A DNA stretch of 64,000 nucleotides from a virus (taxonomy: Duplodnaviria; Caudoviricetes). Made by a program: the position numbers and the translations under genes. How positions within the stretch are numbered: position 1 is the first letter of the stretch; the number at the start of each line of letters is the position of its first letter. A model generated the notes under the pieces. That model was not told the origin of the DNA, ran no database searches, and saw nothing but the letters and a program-made list of their open reading frames with translations. Shown in pieces: positions 29,601 through 39,499 of this stretch. The DNA is taken from IMG/VR virus record IMGVR_UViG_3300025450_001231, one strand, 5' to 3'.

Positions 29601-32600
29601 TATAAGAAATAACATCACTGGGCTCATTAAAACGTAAACTTACCAATTTATGTAGGCCATCTGACTCTGTGGTTCCACTAAAGCCAGTTAGATCTCCGTT
29701 GTACTTAACTACAAAACTTGTCAGTGATTCTACTCTTTCAATTTTATAAAATCCGTCAAATTGACTGCTGTTGGATACTAAAACTGTGTCGTTTTCTTTG
29801 AGTCCGTGATAGCCGTCAGTTTTCATTAGTACACGGCCATTTAGTGCATTGGTAATTTTAACTACATTTGTGGTAGACTCATTTACTCTATATACATTCC
29901 AATCTTTGGTATAATCAACCGCACACCATATAATATTACCTGCACCAATTTCTTCTACTTTTCCGCTTAGTGTAGAAGTGTCTGTTAAATCAAATATTGT
30001 GTAATCTACATCATCTAAATTAACAAATCCAGCAGTTTGAATATCATTTGTATAATCGCTATCTGTGGTTCTTGTCAAGAAGAACGGACTTGTCCATACT
30101 TTATCAGTGGCAGAAGTTTTATGTACTCCTGTTCCACTGGTGTATAAATTTGCATATACCACTGTTGCATTATCAACAACCTGTAAACTTGTGGGATTGT
30201 TTAATGTATAGTTTTCGTCTAATACTATCTCAACATACTGATTGGTTTCTAAACTACCATAACTGCCCAATCTAAATGCCCATTCTTCATTGACTGCAAT
30301 ACTGTTGGATTCTTGTGAATTGAAACTTACATCAGCCAATGCGTTAATGGCATTGTGTGTGCCTTTTTCTTTAATAAATCCTTGATAGAATTTTACTTGA
30401 GTAGTATCATCTAAACCTAGTTCTGTCAAGTAACTGCGATTTCTATAGCCTATTAATCCCAATGCATATTGTGCAAAATCACTTTGCAGATTTACGTGGT
30501 CGGTATCATAAAAATGACGACCCATACTTGCATTTGTGGCAAAGTTATTCATTAGTCCGGTATTCATACGATTCTTATCGTATGGTAACCAGTCTGCAAA
30601 AGTAAATGTTGATGTGGCAGGAATATCCTTACTAGCGGTATAATAGAAATTCTTGTACTGTACAAGATCGCCTTTAAGGTAATCGTTTCCAGCAGCCCAA
30701 AGTTGCACAACATCATTGTTGTATACAAATCCCTGCGGATTTAATATTCCAGTCCAACCATTGGTTTTACTGCCGACTAATTTTAATCTAAACTGTCGTT
30801 GGCCTAACGCAGGATCATATATCAAATCATTGAACTGTGTTTTATTGTTTAATATAATTGCGTGCTCGTATTGAACAACACTCAAGTCTAAAAATGCTAT
30901 CATATCAGCACTCTTAGAATTAGTAGCCAAAACAAACAAGTTATCATCTCTGACAACCTTATAAGAGTCTGGATCTAAAGTAATGAAATTTTGATTCATT
31001 ATCTTGTTGCCGTAAAAACTATTAGAGATTTTATCAACTACTCCATCTGCACGACCAAACTCAACTCTATCTGCAAATGGACTTAATACTATTAAACTAC
31101 CCACTGCCCAGTTTTGTTGCACCCAGAATAATAATTCATTTACACTTAGTGCCCAATTTCTAATTTGCTCGAGGTCTGTGTCAAAGTAATTGAATCTAAA
31201 TCCCTGCAATGTTAAAAATTGTTCGTAACCTGATAAGAATCCTACCAACTGTTGAACAGTGGAAAATGTTGTGCCGTATGGTACTGCTATTTTGTAGTTG
31301 GTGAATTCAGTGTAGTAAGCAGCTGATTCTTTTAGTACTGATATTTCATAACTGTTGCCAGTTGTATTAGGTATAACAACAGTAAAATAAGGATTGAATG
31401 TGTCATACCCCGTGACTTTGAATCCGTCTGATGTTTTTTCAACACTAACTGCACTATATCTAGGATTGCCTATAGGAGTAGATTTGTTCAATACTAAAGA
31501 ATAATCTTCTTCAGGAATAATAACACTATCACTAATTGAATTAGGACTATTTTGTTCTGCTAGTATTTTTAGGAATTGTTTTCCGCTAAATCCTGCCATT
31601 CTGTAGCTCAATTGTACAGTATAATTTTGTGCATATCGTTGCAAAGTGGCAGACGACAGTATGCCTAAATGTGTTTGATAATCTGCAATCCAATTTAGAT
31701 ATCCTGCAGCACGAGTAACATTGCCTGACAAATCTGTGTAGCCATTTATGTCAATATCAGCAGGAGTCAATCTAAAGTTTGTTGTGTCTAATAAGAACTG
31801 ACCCAAGTCATAATTATATCTGCATTTGTGTACTGCAACACCTAGTCCAAAATATTTTGCAGGGCTGGTTAATGCCAAAGCTATTTGCACATCATAAGCA
31901 TATTCGCTGCTGTTTCTCCAAGCAGTTTCTACTGGGCTATACTGTCCTACTTGCCAGTTTTGTACAAAATGGTCAGTTATTGTGTCATTTGTTAGCAGTC
32001 CCAATGGTGGAATTCTGTTACCGCTATCGTCTACAGGAATAATTGCACTTAATCCGGGACGACTGAAAACGGGGTCTATGCCTTGACGTGGTCCTTGTGC
32101 AATGTATCCAGCTTCTAAATCATCCCACAATATTTTATTACCACTGGTATAGGGTGCAGGACCGTACTGTGTATTCCACCAGCTGGGTTTTTCTGTAAAT
32201 CCCAACATTTCCCAAGGAGCAGAGTCTGGATGTTGTGTATCATAAAAATACTCGTAACAAGCTCTCCAACTACCGGGCAATGTTTCTCCATTGACTGTGT
32301 CAATGCTGCCACCATAGTTAAATGTAAAAGGATTTGATAAATCAGTAGTAGAATTAGTTGTATAATCCAATTGGTTTGAATTTGCCCAAGGTAAATATCC
32401 TCTGCTCAATATCAAATTAAAATCTTTAGGGCTATAGGTGTTGGTTCTAAATTTACCAGGTTTAACTGAATATACATTTACAATTGATTCATCGTATACT
32501 GCTTTGATGTTATTGTAAATTCTTTTTTCTAATTCTAGTAATAAAGAATCTCTGAAATCATTGAACACTGGAGTTAAACTGCCGTCGTGTCCTTGTATAA

Positions 32601-35600
32601 ACTGTTGTGTAGTAAGATATGTGGTGTCAGTGACTATACCTGGTTTATATTTTGGATATAATCCTAATTTACTTGGCGTTTCTGGAATATAATTGCCATC
32701 TGTACTTAGATATTCAACTACTTCTATTAGATCCCCAATGGCTAGCGTAACACTGGATGATAAACTAACACCAGCACTATTGGTCATAAACGTATAATCA
32801 CGATTTAACAACAGTTGCGATCCGTTATGGTAAACTAAAATTGCACGACTGCTTAAAGTAGTAGGGCTAAAAATACTGCTGATTTCATAATTTCTTATGG
32901 CTGCTTCTATTACTTTATGTGTGGTAATTGTTTTATTGTCCCCGTAAGGAACCATATCACTGTGGTACCAAGGGAATGTTTTGTTCTTGGCTTTATTAAT
33001 TTGTTTTAGAATATAATCAACACTTTCAGCAGCAGTATTAAAAACCAATTGGTTACTGTTACCAGCAAAGGTTATAAATTTATTCTTAAATCTTGCATAC
33101 TCAAATTGTGCTGTTTTGATGCTGTTAACAAAATTTAATTTGTCATCTGTCAAGAACATTGATGCCAAAGTAACAGGTCCGCTTTGTTGCAGAATAGTTC
33201 CGCCTTGCCCTACTACATCAATATTTCTTAAATTACTAACACCTGGATAACGACCCAAGAATTTTGTACTGTTTTGCGTTAGTTTGTTTATATGATTTCT
33301 CATATCTCCCAATGTTGGGGTAGTTAACACAGCATTTTGAGCATTGAAGTTTAAGTTGCCAGGAACTTCGTAAGTACCAAATTGGCTCACTTGTGTACTG
33401 TATACCAAAATATCTATTCTATCGGAATCTTTAAGAATTGTTGAATCTATAACAACAATTTGTGTATTATTCGGTCCAGCAGTTACAGTATATCTTGCAA
33501 CTGTTAATTTTTGATAGTTTACAAATACCAACAAAGAAGGAATTATTGCATCTGTTGCAGGAGGAACATCTATAGCAAATGAGTTTGTAATGCCGTCAAA
33601 TATGTAACTTATATCCTGATATTGTTTACTGTGCTCGACTACTGTACGCCATACATTTAATTTTTCAAACGATGAAGAACCTTCATTTTTATATAAGTAT
33701 CCACGATTTACTTTGTCAGTGTAGTTGACTTTATCAACAGTATAAACAAATGTATCGTTGTCAAAATTATTAACAAATTCGATATCACCTATATTATTGA
33801 TATTTTTATAGACCAGTGGGAATCCAAGTTCCTTGTCGGCAACACCTGTGCCAACTCCATAACTAAAGATTTTTGTACCAAAAAACGCAGAACTATTACT
33901 ACCAGGGTAAACTGCAGTATCACCAAAGCTAACACCGTTTACATCAAATACATCAAACATCGGCGGTTGATTCACTGATGTTTTTTGTTGTGCACGAATC
34001 CAATTTACACCATTGTAATAATAACTACCGCTGTTTTTCAAACCACTGGTAACTGTGACACTGGTATTTTCAGTTGCCGCAGTAACTGATGATAAATGTA
34101 TTGTTTTGACATCTGTGTTGGCTATTCCTATTTCGTCAACAAAATTTATTTTCCATACAGTTTCTGGAGTTTTTGGATTTTGCATTGCAGCAAAAATCAC
34201 AGTCATTCCGTTTGTCAAAGGCACACCGTCTATGGTAGTAGTAACTATACCATTGACTGACTTAACTTTACTGCCTTCTAAAGTTAAAAAAGGTTCTGTT
34301 ACTGTGGTATCTAATAGAGTAACTGGAGTAATACCAGTGGTACCAAAATTATATAATTTTAAGTCTGCTTCAAATTCAATAATAGGTCTATTGGCTCTTG
34401 CAAGGCCTTTTAATTGTGGACTGGATCTTTCTGTTTGATCCGCAGTAATAAAATCTGTATCTGCAGTTAAATTTGCAGCCAATGGATAAGGATATACTGT
34501 TTCGTCTGCAGTTAATGGCACTGTAGGGACATTACTGCCTGTGATTACATCTTGGTGAAACCAACGATTGTTAGTGCTCCAAGGATTAACATCACTGCTG
34601 GCTCTATTGATTGTTATATAATCTTTAACTGTGGATCCCAAAGATCCAGTCTCTGCATTTAACAACGTTTGAACATCTACTAGTTTAATACCGGTACCCA
34701 CACCTTCGACATAATATTCTTTATTTTGATATGTTTCTGGTATTACAGTATTGTCAAATCTAACTTTAAGACCATTGACAAATTCAACTGCATTAGGGCT
34801 GATGTAACGTGTTTGTCCCAATATGTCGGTTTCAACATTTATAGTGTTGACTGCAGGATCAATAATACGAATAGTTCCTTGCTCACTGGTAACTACTCCG
34901 TCTTGATAATAGTAAGTACCTTGTGTTGCGTCTGTTGGAACTACAAAAGTAATGGTACCTGTATCGATACCGTTATTTGTTACTCCTGCAATATTAGGAT
35001 GTGTGCCGAATTCACCTATAACATTCTGTATCCAAAAAGGCTTACCTGGCTGATTAACGTGAAAATTATACGCATACCCTTTGGCCAACACCAAGTCAGG
35101 ATTGGCAATTTGATTCCAATTGCTAAAATTGTAAACACCCTGACTATCAATAGGAAATACTGTAATTTCTGAATTTAAGTAGATGTTGCCTGCACTTACG
35201 AATACACTATCAGGTCCTTCAGGTACCCAATAGTAGTGTGTAAAGTTGATAAACGCATCTAAATTAATGTGCGGGTCATAACTGTAGTACTCGCTGTCCC
35301 ACAGTCTACTTTGATTTGTTACGTTTCCGCCAAAATAACTAATTTGTTGTAGTACTTCGGGATAAGTTACATGAAACTCTATGTCCTGAGTCGCAGGATC
35401 TGTTACTGCAACACTAGGCTCAAGTTGATAAGTGGCTCGAGTTAAGTCAGGTTCTCTGATATAGTTTGTAATAGATTCAAACCCAGGAGCAAACTTGCGA
35501 CCTACATATCCGCTGATTGTTTTTAAGTTGCTTTCGGTTACTAACTGATCTAAAGTTGCATTTAAGAACTTTTTATTAGTTTCACTTTGGAATGTTCCTG

Positions 35601-35631
35601 GTAACAGATTTACCGTTTTTGTAATTGGCAT
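23686..35631 (-). CDS. giant baseplate wedge/structural protein (3981 aa) with FG-GAP-like repeats
   Basis: Follows gp6; FGTSV...VGAPG repeats; YIEEVKPYHTTIRE motif. Confidence 0.75.
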   Translation of the reverse strand: MPITKTVNLLPGTFQSETNKKFLNATLDQLVTESNLKTISGYVGRKFAPGFESITNYIREPDLTRATYQLEPSVAVTDPATQDIEFHVTYPEVLQQISYFGGNVTNQSRLWDSEYYSYDPHINLDAFINFTHYYWVPEGPDSVFVSAGNIYLNSEITVFPIDSQGVYNFSNWNQIANPDLVLAKGYAYNFHVNQPGKPFWIQNVIGEFGTHPNIAGVTNNGIDTGTITFVVPTDATQGTYYYQDGVVTSEQGTIRIIDPAVNTINVETDILGQTRYISPNAVEFVNGLKVRFDNTVIPETYQNKEYYVEGVGTGIKLVDVQTLLNAETGSLGSTVKDYITINRASSDVNPWSTNNRWFHQDVITGSNVPTVPLTADETVYPYPLAANLTADTDFITADQTERSSPQLKGLARANRPIIEFEADLKLYNFGTTGITPVTLLDTTVTEPFLTLEGSKVKSVNGIVTTTIDGVPLTNGMTVIFAAMQNPKTPETVWKINFVDEIGIANTDVKTIHLSSVTAATENTSVTVTSGLKNSGSYYYNGVNWIRAQQKTSVNQPPMFDVFDVNGVSFGDTAVYPGSNSSAFFGTKIFSYGVGTGVADKELGFPLVYKNINNIGDIEFVNNFDNDTFVYTVDKVNYTDKVNRGYLYKNEGSSSFEKLNVWRTVVEHSKQYQDISYIFDGITNSFAIDVPPATDAIIPSLLVFVNYQKLTVARYTVTAGPNNTQIVVIDSTILKDSDRIDILVYSTQVSQFGTYEVPGNLNFNAQNAVLTTPTLGDMRNHINKLTQNSTKFLGRYPGVSNLRNIDVVGQGGTILQQSGPVTLASMFLTDDKLNFVNSIKTAQFEYARFKNKFITFAGNSNQLVFNTAAESVDYILKQINKAKNKTFPWYHSDMVPYGDNKTITTHKVIEAAIRNYEISSIFSPTTLSSRAILVYHNGSQLLLNRDYTFMTNSAGVSLSSSVTLAIGDLIEVVEYLSTDGNYIPETPSKLGLYPKYKPGIVTDTTYLTTQQFIQGHDGSLTPVFNDFRDSLLLELEKRIYNNIKAVYDESIVNVYSVKPGKFRTNTYSPKDFNLILSRGYLPWANSNQLDYTTNSTTDLSNPFTFNYGGSIDTVNGETLPGSWRACYEYFYDTQHPDSAPWEMLGFTEKPSWWNTQYGPAPYTSGNKILWDDLEAGYIAQGPRQGIDPVFSRPGLSAIIPVDDSGNRIPPLGLLTNDTITDHFVQNWQVGQYSPVETAWRNSSEYAYDVQIALALTSPAKYFGLGVAVHKCRYNYDLGQFLLDTTNFRLTPADIDINGYTDLSGNVTRAAGYLNWIADYQTHLGILSSATLQRYAQNYTVQLSYRMAGFSGKQFLKILAEQNSPNSISDSVIIPEEDYSLVLNKSTPIGNPRYSAVSVEKTSDGFKVTGYDTFNPYFTVVIPNTTGNSYEISVLKESAAYYTEFTNYKIAVPYGTTFSTVQQLVGFLSGYEQFLTLQGFRFNYFDTDLEQIRNWALSVNELLFWVQQNWAVGSLIVLSPFADRVEFGRADGVVDKISNSFYGNKIMNQNFITLDPDSYKVVRDDNLFVLATNSKSADMIAFLDLSVVQYEHAIILNNKTQFNDLIYDPALGQRQFRLKLVGSKTNGWTGILNPQGFVYNNDVVQLWAAGNDYLKGDLVQYKNFYYTASKDIPATSTFTFADWLPYDKNRMNTGLMNNFATNASMGRHFYDTDHVNLQSDFAQYALGLIGYRNRSYLTELGLDDTTQVKFYQGFIKEKGTHNAINALADVSFNSQESNSIAVNEEWAFRLGSYGSLETNQYVEIVLDENYTLNNPTSLQVVDNATVVYANLYTSGTGVHKTSATDKVWTSPFFLTRTTDSDYTNDIQTAGFVNLDDVDYTIFDLTDTSTLSGKVEEIGAGNIIWCAVDYTKDWNVYRVNESTTNVVKITNALNGRVLMKTDGYHGLKENDTVLVSNSSQFDGFYKIERVESLTSFVVKYNGDLTGFSGTTESDGLHKLVSLRFNEPSDVISYTPVNGWTANSKVWINDNTANNNWAVYNKTDPWQPILSFATESPYAGANFGTSVKLSADNKLAIVGAPGYANGTGALVEYLYAYSTTTGKLAENSTIIGSAQNTAGMGTSLALGSNHIVTGAPGSSDGSGYVYVYTKNFLGVITQQQILGPTTTNSSEFGTSVAISEDAHWMYVGAPGEKAVYAYQWFSNLTSSSQTFSATTGSDTQYMITDFTIAGPEFLTATVITSLESYTLVYGTGFTVSGTTLTFVNPVPAGTLIVRQQPGYQLKDKIFYNNGDNNFGYSIATTTDGRQIAVGAPTDNGEAGSVSIYDRTVEQFLGNGIETKFSSPRELVYTDRVYVNDILQTYGTDYTIYSVSGYPTHHSEFEFTVAPPQNSIVTIETNQFKLLKRFSNPAGTKAQLGFSVDIDATDSTVYAGAPHANTNRYYAGQVYRYVNQARVYGTITGKVQNPTVTPGNSIRINDFEIIFIYSDLDSTVTAINNHFIPGLSAANVNGYLQLTTTATADSNKIRILPGMGNSIQDLGLDVFVQVEIINNPTNNAYDLFGQNVKINPSNNVLAVSSTAAITSEVTIFDTDHIATTFDSGSMVFVDEVISGGVWMFSYLANSKNDIADPGVFAFVQQINPYSSGINPSLQPYVNFGSAIDFNSTEMIIGSNFDNTYGTAAGRIYQFSNPAGLLGWDVYTAEEPEVDINSIVKAFVYSDKSQTITHTLDYIDPAKGKILGIAEQDISYKVAHDPGVYNHGTNGTVTLDSAFHWDSNEVGKVWWDLSTVRFLNYEQGSIQYRTTNWGGTFPGSSIDVYEWVESMYPPSQYVATGGDGTPKYPDNSAYSTVNYVDPETNQTIVKYYYWVKDKSTVDVKLKNRTAPVSAIASYIKDPKNSGVEYFAAIRNDSIAIYNLAGTATGKDTILHIDYSTRTDADNIIHSEFVLLSETNSRADDIPTAIYNKLVDSVSGIDAFGNQVPDPLLPVQTRYGIGIRPRQSMFIDKNQAVHEMVDYINSILIKNTISKGFNLANLSAGEPIPNVGLGLYNTSVPNLETLGYVDIAIYPAGYTVLVENDSSANNHWTIYTKRRNNTWQLTRTQTYNTADYWEFVDWYATGFDRSTKPTYTIGQPADLSTLSLVTGDIVKILNNGQGQWSLIQVFPNVVLPIGLQNGTIQLTSNLYDLEGNGMGFDNDNFDTRGFDQNPSIEIRNIFTALRDDIFINTMDSDFVSMFFSLIYYALKEQKSVDWVFKTSFVNVLHTIRNLNQTPIYRNENQDYYQQYIEEVKPYHTTIREYTLDYTAIDNVMGYVTDYDLPAYYDTVFQKYRSPSGEFGQDINQLQNNLTYQDWITSYTYSVGSIEVIDGGKDYPTPPIITITGSAIGDDATAIPIMHNGSIVSIVVTYPGSHYTTQPIIGINTSIFGGGGFGTSGSGPAVTEARLLAHLVNNTTRKLKATLVYDRINYGAAPLTGTRLTADNINVKAGNKTITADATQLVTPGVRALTITADNYNTVALPLDTTLSEFDLTTDVGFFADSASLTTDQNYIIEKITAPANDRIRAFYQPTLGMPGLDYSLLQSGIDYPGVIVEGPLYTDNGGFGQGGFDISSFDGLILNPDGTVSISDSLLDSVIESKYTDSSLGYRPDDVIVDGGGYVDTYSSHAPEELIPGRVYDTLDMRISTIASNGDGIATSFVITSIIINDPGLGYGNVRVLLENTYTANLTADDTRILFPFGGNTITSDETDLSSDEISTTTVITNNATATFDGNGSIISITPDDPTVIYHTAPTVVILGANTSPANATVVMTAASFVTFDYRIFKSMNDEYQYLRIPKTNSTANLTADLGLLDTVIQVDDVTRLPIPSVGSQGLRPGVVFINGERITYWTVDNSTNTLSNIRRATAGTGANVHLAGSRMIDGSVFQVVPQSAHTSYTPVANNTVTTTAGKTYTLAEGHTYQQSKLWLNTNYGITPTDGTGLFESTQIQAEFIKDN

Positions 35632-35643
35632 AACTCGTTCTGA

Positions 35644-38600
35644 TTAGTTTATAATAGTATTTACCAATTGATTTTGTAGGTTCAATTGAGCGGCGGTGAT
35701 AGCAGTGATTACCTCAATGTTTTCAACAGTGGCACAACTGATTAATATTTCATTTGGCCCACTGCTAATCTGTTGCATACTACCATAAATTTGACCAGCA
35801 GTGTTAGGAACGATAATGATACTACTGATGTTAGGTGCCATTGCTTGTTGAATATAAGTGGCTAATTCAGTGAAGTAGAAAGTTTCGCCGAAATCCCAGT
35901 TACTGGTGTTGAAGTAATTGTTAATATACATTAGCACTTGACTGCGAATTTCGCTGTCACTTACATTTACATTTGAATTTTTAATTACTTTGAAAGTAGC
36001 TTGTAGTGTAGAATCTGCTTTAGAGCCAAACAAAGGCTTGAATGTAGCAGAATTATAAATGATAGCATCACTTACACTCTTATAATTTTCCAAGTCATTA
36101 TACAACAGTCTAAGACTTTCGCTAGTTGGTACACTGGGTTCTGCAATCGCACCGGTTGTGTCTGTTACCCAAGAAATATAGTCTCTTTCGTATTGAGTTG
36201 TCAGAATATACATATCAATAAGATTACTGGGGCTTGGGTCTATGCGTCTGTTTCCTGGAGCATTGTGTCTGTATTGGAAATATAAACCCTGTCTTCCAGT
36301 TTTTACAATATAATCTGCAGTGGCCGATAAGCTATAGACCCCATTAGTCACTGATAACAAGTAAAAATTTTGTTCATCTGTGGCGTAGAACAATTGACCG
36401 TCCAGATAGTTTGCTAATTTATTTTTGATACTTTGTTGATTAGGATATTCAACATTTACCGTGGTATTGTCGACTAGTGTATAGGTAATAAAACTATCGT
36501 AACCATACGTTTTTTGGAAGAATACCAACTTCTTGGCAACATCAACATCGGGTTGAACAATGGTTTTGAATATATCTGGATTGTCGGGAACGCCATTATA
36601 ATTAGAATCGGCAAATGTGATTAACACTTTACTATTATCAACATAACCGTCGCTTTCTGCTACTTGATTGTCAATAAACCAAGTGATGTTTTCCTGCAAA
36701 GGTTGATTTGTATCTGGGTCTCCGTTTACTTTTAGTACGTTAACAAAGTCGTGTATTGTTGATCCAGTTACACTATCAAAAATCTTAACTTGTTTGTCGA
36801 AATAAAATTTAGTTTGGTTTGCACTTTCAAATACATAACTAAGTCCTCGAGCAGTCACTGTATAAATTAAGTCATTGACTGTAAAATTCAGTAACCAACT
36901 GCTGTCACTGTTAGTGCCATTGGATGAACCTTGATTGGCTTGACTAAAAGGCTTAGTAGAATTTATGTTTTGTAAAGAAACAATTGCCCAACTGTTGGTA
37001 GCTTGGTCAAATCGAATCGCAAACTCTGTGTAACTTTGTATTAGTTTAATTAAAGTAGCAACAAATGTACTGCTAAAAGAGTTACTAAAACTTGGAATAA
37101 CTGTGGTTGCAATTGCACCAGACGGTACATTTTGGCTCAGAGTTACTGGACCAAGACCTGATGTTAACACGCCTTGAGCACCGGTTCCTACTAATTGTGT
37201 TACTGCCACATATAATAACGGTTGTCCGTTGGGAGGTAATACCCCAGACGCAGGTAATGCTACTATTTCATTTTGACTATTAAAATAGTTGCCTGTGCCA
37301 GGACTAAACACTACGATACTTTCAAGTGTTAGATAAGAGTTATTGCCGCTTACATCACTTCCAATTGCTTGTGGAGTTCCGGTACTGCTTACAAAATAAC
37401 CAGTACTTGCTCCTGTAGCAACTGTAGTTCTATTCCAGGCCATATTTGTTAAACTAAAACGATTGAAGTTTTCGTAATAAAAATGAGCCATCGACGAATT
37501 TTCGATGATAGGAGTTAACTGATTATCAATTACTTTTAATATGTCTGCAGTTGTATTCCAAGTAAAATCAAAATATCTAGTGGCATCTTCTTTATAGATA
37601 ACACCGTCATCTGCAAATATATTTGTACTACTGTATCTTCCTGTAGTGTCAATTACATCCAAGTATCTACTTACACCACTGCTACTGCGGTTAACAGATT
37701 TGATTTTACTAATACTGTTAAAATAACCATAAGGGAAAGTATTGTAATCTTCTCCAGTAACCATACGATTTTGTGTATAGTATTGTTGTGGAGCTCTTGT
37801 ACTGATATCTTTAATACTTTCAGTGGCGATGCTATTGGCAATAGTATACTTCAAACTTGCAACTATGGTCAGTGTTTCCAATCTGCCAGCTCTGCTGACA
37901 TAGGGAATACTCAATTTGATGTTTTGCATTTCATCTGGAGTAATTTTATATGCAAGGCCTGCACTGGTTCTAAAGTATGTTCTAAAACTACCTTGTGGAA
38001 TTTGTGCAAAAGTACCGTCGCCAAATACTAAATCAATTTGGTCATTGTTGCGAGTATTCACTTGAAAGCTTTTTTGTGCAGAATTGTTATTATAGATAAT
38101 GTTAACACCAGCCACTGCTGGAACTTGTGTCCACTCATAACGAACAGTACCTGCATTGGACAATTCATACAACCAAACATCAGTATTATTAATATTGTTA
38201 TAATTGATACTGACTAGATTATTTGGTACACTTTCAGTCACTCCAAAATTTACATTTTGCAATGAACCTTGTTTGAAATAAGCAAAAAATCCAGTGTTGT
38301 TGCTGGCATTGCCTAAGTTATCGTTTTTATAAAGAATATTCAACGGTGCACTAGGTTGTGGACTTACTTCATAGATATAGTCTTTACCCACACTACTGGC
38401 GCTGACGATTTCAAAATTCAAGCTTGTGCTTTCAACTTGTGTTTGAAATGCGTACACTGGCAAGTTGTTTGCGGGTGTATTGATCTGATACTCGTCATTT
38501 ACTACCCCGTTGATAGTTTGACTATTGCTGGGTTTACCTATGTATTGATTTGACTGCAAAGATGCATTAATAACCGACACAAATTGTTCATACCAATTGA

Positions 38601-39048
38601 TATTTGTGTTGTCATTCCAGCGTATAATAGCATTGGTAATATCAATACCACTGCTGTCACTTATTGGCTCAGTGGTTTGGACACTGACAAATTTCAAATA
38701 ACCTGATGCTGTTTGATTACGTTTAGGAACATAACTAACTAACTTGGCTAATTTAAGAATACTGTCACGGCGTTGTGCGGTATCAATAAAATTTTCACGG
38801 GCATTTAAGTCTGTACGAAATGCTAAACTTTGTCCCAAGAAGGCAATTAAATCCAATAAAGCAATATACTCACTGCTTTCTACAAAATCATTGAAGTCCT
38901 CGGGATAATAAAGTTGTAGATAATCAACCATGCTTTTGCGCAAGGTTTGAAAGTCATAGCTTTGAAAATCTGCGTTCCTAAAGCTTTCGTATAATCTTGT
39001 CCAATCTTGATTAACAAGTAGACTATTTTGTCTGGATGTGGTTGCCAT
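35644..39048 (-). CDS. gp6: baseplate wedge subunit, gp6-like
   Basis: DFQSYDFQTLRKSM, ENFIDTAQRRDSILKLAKLVSYVPKR, QNRMVTGEDY. Confidence 0.85.
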   Translation of the reverse strand: MATTSRQNSLLVNQDWTRLYESFRNADFQSYDFQTLRKSMVDYLQLYYPEDFNDFVESSEYIALLDLIAFLGQSLAFRTDLNARENFIDTAQRRDSILKLAKLVSYVPKRNQTASGYLKFVSVQTTEPISDSSGIDITNAIIRWNDNTNINWYEQFVSVINASLQSNQYIGKPSNSQTINGVVNDEYQINTPANNLPVYAFQTQVESTSLNFEIVSASSVGKDYIYEVSPQPSAPLNILYKNDNLGNASNNTGFFAYFKQGSLQNVNFGVTESVPNNLVSINYNNINNTDVWLYELSNAGTVRYEWTQVPAVAGVNIIYNNNSAQKSFQVNTRNNDQIDLVFGDGTFAQIPQGSFRTYFRTSAGLAYKITPDEMQNIKLSIPYVSRAGRLETLTIVASLKYTIANSIATESIKDISTRAPQQYYTQNRMVTGEDYNTFPYGYFNSISKIKSVNRSSSGVSRYLDVIDTTGRYSSTNIFADDGVIYKEDATRYFDFTWNTTADILKVIDNQLTPIIENSSMAHFYYENFNRFSLTNMAWNRTTVATGASTGYFVSSTGTPQAIGSDVSGNNSYLTLESIVVFSPGTGNYFNSQNEIVALPASGVLPPNGQPLLYVAVTQLVGTGAQGVLTSGLGPVTLSQNVPSGAIATTVIPSFSNSFSSTFVATLIKLIQSYTEFAIRFDQATNSWAIVSLQNINSTKPFSQANQGSSNGTNSDSSWLLNFTVNDLIYTVTARGLSYVFESANQTKFYFDKQVKIFDSVTGSTIHDFVNVLKVNGDPDTNQPLQENITWFIDNQVAESDGYVDNSKVLITFADSNYNGVPDNPDIFKTIVQPDVDVAKKLVFFQKTYGYDSFITYTLVDNTTVNVEYPNQQSIKNKLANYLDGQLFYATDEQNFYLLSVTNGVYSLSATADYIVKTGRQGLYFQYRHNAPGNRRIDPSPSNLIDMYILTTQYERDYISWVTDTTGAIAEPSVPTSESLRLLYNDLENYKSVSDAIIYNSATFKPLFGSKADSTLQATFKVIKNSNVNVSDSEIRSQVLMYINNYFNTSNWDFGETFYFTELATYIQQAMAPNISSIIIVPNTAGQIYGSMQQISSGPNEILISCATVENIEVITAITAAQLNLQNQLVNTIIN

Positions 39049-39106
39049 ACTGTTCCCGTTTTAAGTATTTATTGCATTTGAAATATGCTAACTTAAAGGT
39101 ACAGTT

Positions 39107-39481
39107 TTAGTTGGTGGTCATTGAATTAGATTCGTTACTGAAGTTTAATTCTAACTTAGAAACTTGGCCTGTTGCAATATACAGTAAATCAAATTGAATT
39201 TGTATACCTTTGTCATATTTTGTTACTACAACATTGCTTGCAGAGACTCTTGGATCATAAGCTATAATCTTGTAAACGTCATTGGTGATGGCATTTTGCA
39301 AATCACTGTCCATTGGATCGAACAGTCTATCCCAAATAATAGTACCAAAACTGGGATTCATCAACTTTTCGCCTCTGCGAATATTAAAATTGTTCGTGAC
39401 GTCTTGTTTAACCAACTTGAAATCGGTTAATCGAAACTTTTTACCGCCATTCGCAGTACTGAATCCGTTATATAGTGCCAT
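39107..39481 (-). CDS. gp25: baseplate wedge subunit, gp25-like
   Basis: GEKLMNPSFGTIIWDRLFDP...IIAYDPRV is the GPW/gp25 motif. Confidence 0.88.
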   Translation of the reverse strand: MALYNGFSTANGGKKFRLTDFKLVKQDVTNNFNIRRGEKLMNPSFGTIIWDRLFDPMDSDLQNAITNDVYKIIAYDPRVSASNVVVTKYDKGIQIQFDLLYIATGQVSKLELNFSNESNSMTTN

Positions 39482-39499
39482 ATTGTATTTACACCTTAA

